From assembly GCA_018816385.1 (NCBI GenBank), contig JAHIVK010000041.1, positions 1 through 46,440 of the forward strand: 46,440 nt of DNA, given 5' to 3'. Shown here piece after piece: positions 43,218 through 46,440 of the stretch. Position 1 is the stretch's first letter. Every line of letters begins with the position of its first letter. Position numbers and translations under genes: made by a program. The stretch is from Patescibacteria group bacterium. Lineage in GTDB: Bacteria > Patescibacteriota > Microgenomatia > UBA1400 > PJMF01. Under the pieces are notes generated by a model, which worked only from the letters and a program-made list of their open reading frames with translations, was not told the origin of the DNA and ran no database searches.

Positions 43218-44720
43218 ATGCAAACATTCGACCAAGTAGAACTCAGTCAAATTTGGAAAAAAACCTGTCAAAAACTGAGGCAGGAGTTGTCGCCAGCAGT
43301 TTATAACACCTGGATTGTGGCTAACCCGGCTAGCCAAATTGTGATGACCAACCCAGACTCTGCCCAAGTCACTATCTCTAGTCCCACGGCATTTCACTCT
43401 ACCAATTTAAAGAAGAACCTTCATCCCACGTTGGTAGTAGCCCTCGAATCAGTTTTGCAAGCTAAAGTTGAAGTTGAGTATCAGGTGGGTCAGCGACTTA
43501 AGCCAGTTTTGGGCGACCAAGCACAAAGCCAAAACTTAGAACCCAAAGATTTAAACCAAGAAAATTACTTTGCCTCAAACCATAGTCCCAGAGAATCGTT
43601 TAGTCCTGGCCAATCGCCTAGAGCAGAAGATCTTTTTTCCCAACAAACCATCCAATCAACCAGGGAAGACAGGATTAGGGCCAAAGCCCAAAGCATTGGT
43701 TTAAAAACCGATTATATTTTTGAAAGTTTTGCAGTTTCCACCAGCAACGAAATGGCTCACGCGGCGGCAGTGGCCGTCTCCAACAATCCAGCCACTTCAT
43801 ACAACCCCCTCTTCTTCTATGGGGGCGTGGGGGTGGGTAAAACCCACCTGATGCATGCCATTGCTCACAATATTTTAAAAAGAGATTTTGACGTCAAAAT
43901 TGTCTACTGTACCGGCGAGGAGTTTACCAACGAGATAGTTCAGGCCATTCAAACCAAAAGAGCTAGTAATTTTAAACTTAAATATCGGTCGGCTCAAGTT
44001 TTGCTAATTGATGACATCCAATTTATTGCCGGCAAAAATGCGGTTCAAGAAGAATTTTTTCACACCTTCAACGCCTTGATTAAACAAAATAGCCAAGTTG
44101 TTTTAACATCCGATCGTCCGCCTCAAGAAATTTCCCTGCTGGAAAGTCGCTTGAGAAGTCGGTTTGAGGCGGGGTTGATGGTTGATATTCAACAACCTTC
44201 TTTTGAACTCAGAACGGCTATTTTGTTGGTCAAATCTCAGGCCGCCAACCTACCCATCCCCATTGAGTTGGCCAAAATTGTCGCTTCTCGAGTTGAAAGT
44301 GCCCGCAAAATTGAGGGCATTATTACTAGTATTAGATCTGAGGTAGAACTAAAAGGTAAACAAATTACTCCAGAACTAATAGAAAAAATTTTGAGTCTTG
44401 AAACCAAGCGGGCTCGACCAGGCATTACTGCCAGTCCGGGACAAGTCATTCGAGCAGTGGCTAATCATTTTAAACTCAAACAATCCGCCCTCAGGGGTAC
44501 TAGGCGGGTCAAACACATCGTGTTTGCCCGCCATATAGCCATGTATATTCTCAAGGAAGAATTATCTTTACCTCTAGCCGAAATTGGCCGCTGGTTTTCT
44601 GATCGAGATCACACATCTATTCTCTACGCCACTCGGAAAATTAGTCAAGAAATCAGGGTTAATGACCAGATGTTTCAGGACGTTTCTGCCCTGCGCACCA
44701 CTTTGGCTTTGGTTGGGTAG
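43218..44720 (+). CDS. dnaA: Chromosomal replication initiator protein DnaA
   Basis: NPLFFYGGVGVGKTHLMHAIAH (Walker A), LLIDDIQFIAGK (Walker B), TSDRPP, and the domain IV segment RHIAMYILKE...IGRWFSDRDHTSILYATRKI. Confidence 0.95.
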   Translation: MQTFDQVELSQIWKKTCQKLRQELSPAVYNTWIVANPASQIVMTNPDSAQVTISSPTAFHSTNLKKNLHPTLVVALESVLQAKVEVEYQVGQRLKPVLGDQAQSQNLEPKDLNQENYFASNHSPRESFSPGQSPRAEDLFSQQTIQSTREDRIRAKAQSIGLKTDYIFESFAVSTSNEMAHAAAVAVSNNPATSYNPLFFYGGVGVGKTHLMHAIAHNILKRDFDVKIVYCTGEEFTNEIVQAIQTKRASNFKLKYRSAQVLLIDDIQFIAGKNAVQEEFFHTFNALIKQNSQVVLTSDRPPQEISLLESRLRSRFEAGLMVDIQQPSFELRTAILLVKSQAANLPIPIELAKIVASRVESARKIEGIITSIRSEVELKGKQITPELIEKILSLETKRARPGITASPGQVIRAVANHFKLKQSALRGTRRVKHIVFARHIAMYILKEELSLPLAEIGRWFSDRDHTSILYATRKISQEIRVNDQMFQDVSALRTTLALVG

Positions 44721-44723
44721 GGG

Positions 44724-44891
44724 TTTTCCACAAATGTGGAAAGGGCTGGGCGAAAGTTCTGGAAAAGATGTGAATAAACGTGGAAAAATATTAACAAAGA
44801 GTGGGGTTTTAAACCAAGTTTTTCCTCCCCACCCAATAAATCGGAGAATTTTCTCCACAAAAACGGACGGAGAAACTCTCACCCAATCCAC
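44724..44891. promoter_or_regulatory. Candidate oriC: cluster of six DnaA-box-like 9-mers in the dnaA-dnaN spacer
   Basis: Each box is listed with its mismatches to TTATCCACA. TTTTCCACA 44724-44732 (1 mm). Reverse CTTTCCACA 44735-44743 (2 mm). Reverse TTATTCACA 44769-44777 (1 mm). Reverse TTTTCCACG 44779-44787 (2 mm). TTCTCCACA 44851-44859 (1 mm). CAATCCACA 44883-44891 (2 mm). An AT-rich stretch at 44950-44975 follows. Confidence 0.6.
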
Positions 44892-45012
44892 ATTGATCTA
44901 CTTGATAATTGGAGCCGGTTTTTCCCCGATTTACATAAGGCCTACTACTAAGACTACTAATATATATTACAATATGCACTAGACTCTTTGCGAAATGAGG
45001 ACAAATTTTGTT

Positions 45013-45114
45013 GTCATTCTCCGACCGCAGGGAGGGGAATCTAGGAGTAACCACTCGCTACTGGACCCCCACCGCCTGGGCGGGGAGGATGACGGATGAA
45101 ATCGCGAGGATGAC
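45013..45114. repeat. GC-rich palindromic hairpin units upstream of dnaN
   Basis: GTCATTCTCCGACCGCAGGGAGGGGAATC; GGACCCCCACCGCCTGGGCGGGGAGGATGAC; ...CGCGAGGATGAC. Confidence 0.85.
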
Positions 45115-45154
45115 ACACTCAGAAGTAATCATTAATAAGAAACTTTAAAGAGCC

Positions 45155-46264
45155 ATGAAAGCTAAACTTAAAAAATCCGATTTGTTAGTTGCTGTTAAAG
45201 TTGTCAGTAAAGCTATAACTAGCAGAGCTCAACTACCAATCCTATCATCGATCAAGATTGAAGTTAATAAAGAAGGTTGCTTTTTAGCCGCTACCGATTT
45301 GTATCTAGGCATTGAGATGAAGATTCCTGTAGTCACCAGCCAGGTTGGAATAGCCATCGTTTCTGGTAAAGAGTTCAGAGAACTTCTGAATACCGTCCAA
45401 GAGGGAGAGATTGAACTAACTCAAGAAGACAACCAACTATTGGTTAAGAGTCAAGATTTTAAAGCCAAGTTTAGCCTTTATAACAGCATTGATTATCCCG
45501 AATTTCCCCAGGTTAAGGGTAAAAATATCATTTTGCCATTAACTCAATTAGAAAAGATTGAAAAACGAGCTTTTTTTGCGGCTTCTAGCGACCAAACTAG
45601 ACCACTACTAACTGGTGTTTTACTCATCAAGAGTAAGGAATCTTGGGAAGCTGTCACCACCGATGGTTTTAGATTAACCAAAACAGAGCTGGTCGACTTA
45701 GATGTGGGCGAGGGAGTTGAATCACTACTTGTTCCCGCTCAATCACTCAAGGAAGTTATTAGTATCGCGCGAGACGAAAAGGTCGAGAGAATTAAAGTTA
45801 CTATCTCGGCCCAAAATCAACAATTACTGTTCCAGATCGGTGAAATCAAGGTCTACGTCAGGCTGTTGGAGGGCGAGTATCCACCTTACCAAAAAATTAT
45901 CCCATCCTCTTTTAGTTTGAGAGCCGAGGTAGATAGAGAACAATTATTAAACCACGTTAAAAGAGCTTTAATTTTTTGTCAAAATACTTCAAACATTGTG
46001 CGTTTTTCTCTGAACAAGACTCTAGAAGTGTCTGCTGTTTCTAGTACCCTAGGTACTTATCAAGGAGAAGTCGAACTAGAAAAAATGGAGGGCGAAAGCA
46101 ACAATGTGGCTTTTAATGGTCGATACTTACTTGATTATTTAAGTAGTTCAGACCAAACAGGGGTTATATTTATGATGGTTGAGCCACTTAAGCCCGTGGT
46201 TTTTTGCTGGCCAGATAATCCTAAATCGATTTATGTAGTCATGCCCTTCAGGGTTAATAATTAG
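45155..46264 (+). CDS. dnaN: DNA polymerase III beta sliding clamp
   Basis: 369 aa, directly downstream of dnaA. AFNGRYLLDYL matches the conserved fNxkYLxDxL motif, and the C-terminus is PVVFC...YVVMPFRV. Confidence 0.9.
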   Translation: MKAKLKKSDLLVAVKVVSKAITSRAQLPILSSIKIEVNKEGCFLAATDLYLGIEMKIPVVTSQVGIAIVSGKEFRELLNTVQEGEIELTQEDNQLLVKSQDFKAKFSLYNSIDYPEFPQVKGKNIILPLTQLEKIEKRAFFAASSDQTRPLLTGVLLIKSKESWEAVTTDGFRLTKTELVDLDVGEGVESLLVPAQSLKEVISIARDEKVERIKVTISAQNQQLLFQIGEIKVYVRLLEGEYPPYQKIIPSSFSLRAEVDREQLLNHVKRALIFCQNTSNIVRFSLNKTLEVSAVSSTLGTYQGEVELEKMEGESNNVAFNGRYLLDYLSSSDQTGVIFMMVEPLKPVVFCWPDNPKSIYVVMPFRVNN

Positions 46265-46300
46265 GCTCCTTGCTAAATAATGACATCGCTGGGAGGGGAA

Positions 46301-46438
46301 TAGACTTGTCGCGAAATAAGAAATGAGTTAATTATGGATAGATTTTATAGCATTTTCGTTGATTCTGATGACGATAGTAGCCAATGCTGGTTGAGGAAGA
46401 ACCAGCAAAGAAAATGCATAAAAGATGCCATAAGTAGC
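46301..46438. repeat. Right arm of the perfect 138-bp inverted repeat (partner 1-138); begins with a full leader cassette at 46301-46336
   Basis: Exact reverse complement of 1-138. It is preceded by a partial GC-rich unit (46279-46300). Confidence 0.9.
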
Positions 46439-46440
46439 CA
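46334..46440 (+). CDS. Partial small ORF identical to the one at 1-105 (minus); runs off the window
   Basis: ATG at 46334-46336 is supplied by the cassette. The translation MDRFYSIFVDSDDDSSQCWLRKNQQRKCIKDAISS is identical to the left-edge copy. Confidence 0.3.
   Translation, partial: MDRFYSIFVDSDDDSSQCWLRKNQQRKCIKDAISS

Noticed and set aside
43134-43397. 87-aa minus-strand ORF across the dnaA start
   Set aside because: It overlaps the dnaA 5' end and the GC-rich repeats, so it is a repeat-driven artefact.
44574-45054. Three overlapping ORFs (132, 105 and 81 aa) in the dnaA-dnaN spacer
   Set aside because: They cover the DnaA-box cluster and AT-rich stretch, overlap each other on both strands and have no start context or motifs. 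The region is better explained as oriC.
1-46440. Interpreting the whole window as a plasmid, phage or ICE because of its terminal inverted repeats and the T4SS genes
   Set aside because: The window carries dnaA, a DnaA-box cluster, dnaN, recF, pth and other single-copy housekeeping genes. It has no integrase, relaxase, partition or phage structural genes. A chromosomal origin region is the simpler reading.

Overview
The window looks like a contig-sized piece of a small bacterial chromosome. It uses the standard genetic code (TGA is used as a stop), has short intergenic regions and encodes many orphan secreted proteins, which fits a CPR/Patescibacteria-type organism; that placement is inference.

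There are three parts.

(1) 0.2-13.1 kb is mostly minus-strand housekeeping: an MFS-like transporter, pth, a GT2 glycosyltransferase, an ATP-dependent DNA ligase, an NAD(P)HX dehydratase, recF and a SpoIID-like protein. Toxin-antitoxin and abortive-infection modules are interleaved: AbiEi/AbiEii, Fic, PIN+AbrB, and a truncated HigB-like gene with an XRE antitoxin.

(2) 13.4-43.1 kb is a roughly 30-kb, almost entirely plus-strand block encoding a Gram-positive/CPR-style type IV secretion-like or pilus-like apparatus.
- Eleven tandem VirB2/TrbC-like pilin paralogues.
- A 1152-aa secreted protein with a clan GH-A-like signature.
- A lysozyme-like paralogue created by a segmental duplication.
- A VirB6/TrbL-like polytopic membrane protein.
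- A 1534-aa PrgK-like giant ending in an M23 peptidase.
- A PrgI/VirB3-like protein.
- A paralogue of the VirB4 N-domain.
- A VirB4 ATPase.
- I could not recognise a coupling protein, relaxase or integrase.
- One AT-rich 856-aa orphan gene sits antisense inside the block.

(3) 43.2-46.3 kb is the origin region: dnaA, a DnaA-box cluster, then dnaN.

Two dense intergenic repeat systems overlie all of this. One is a roughly 36-nt cassette, TAGACTTGTCGCGAAATAAGAAACGAGTTAATT-ATG, present in at least 15 full or partial copies. It often supplies the start codon and sometimes occurs as inverted pairs. The other is a GC-rich palindromic hairpin (REP-like) family at seven loci. The two window edges are a perfect 138-bp inverted repeat of each other. 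I found no rRNA, tRNA, CRISPR array, transposase or reverse transcriptase.
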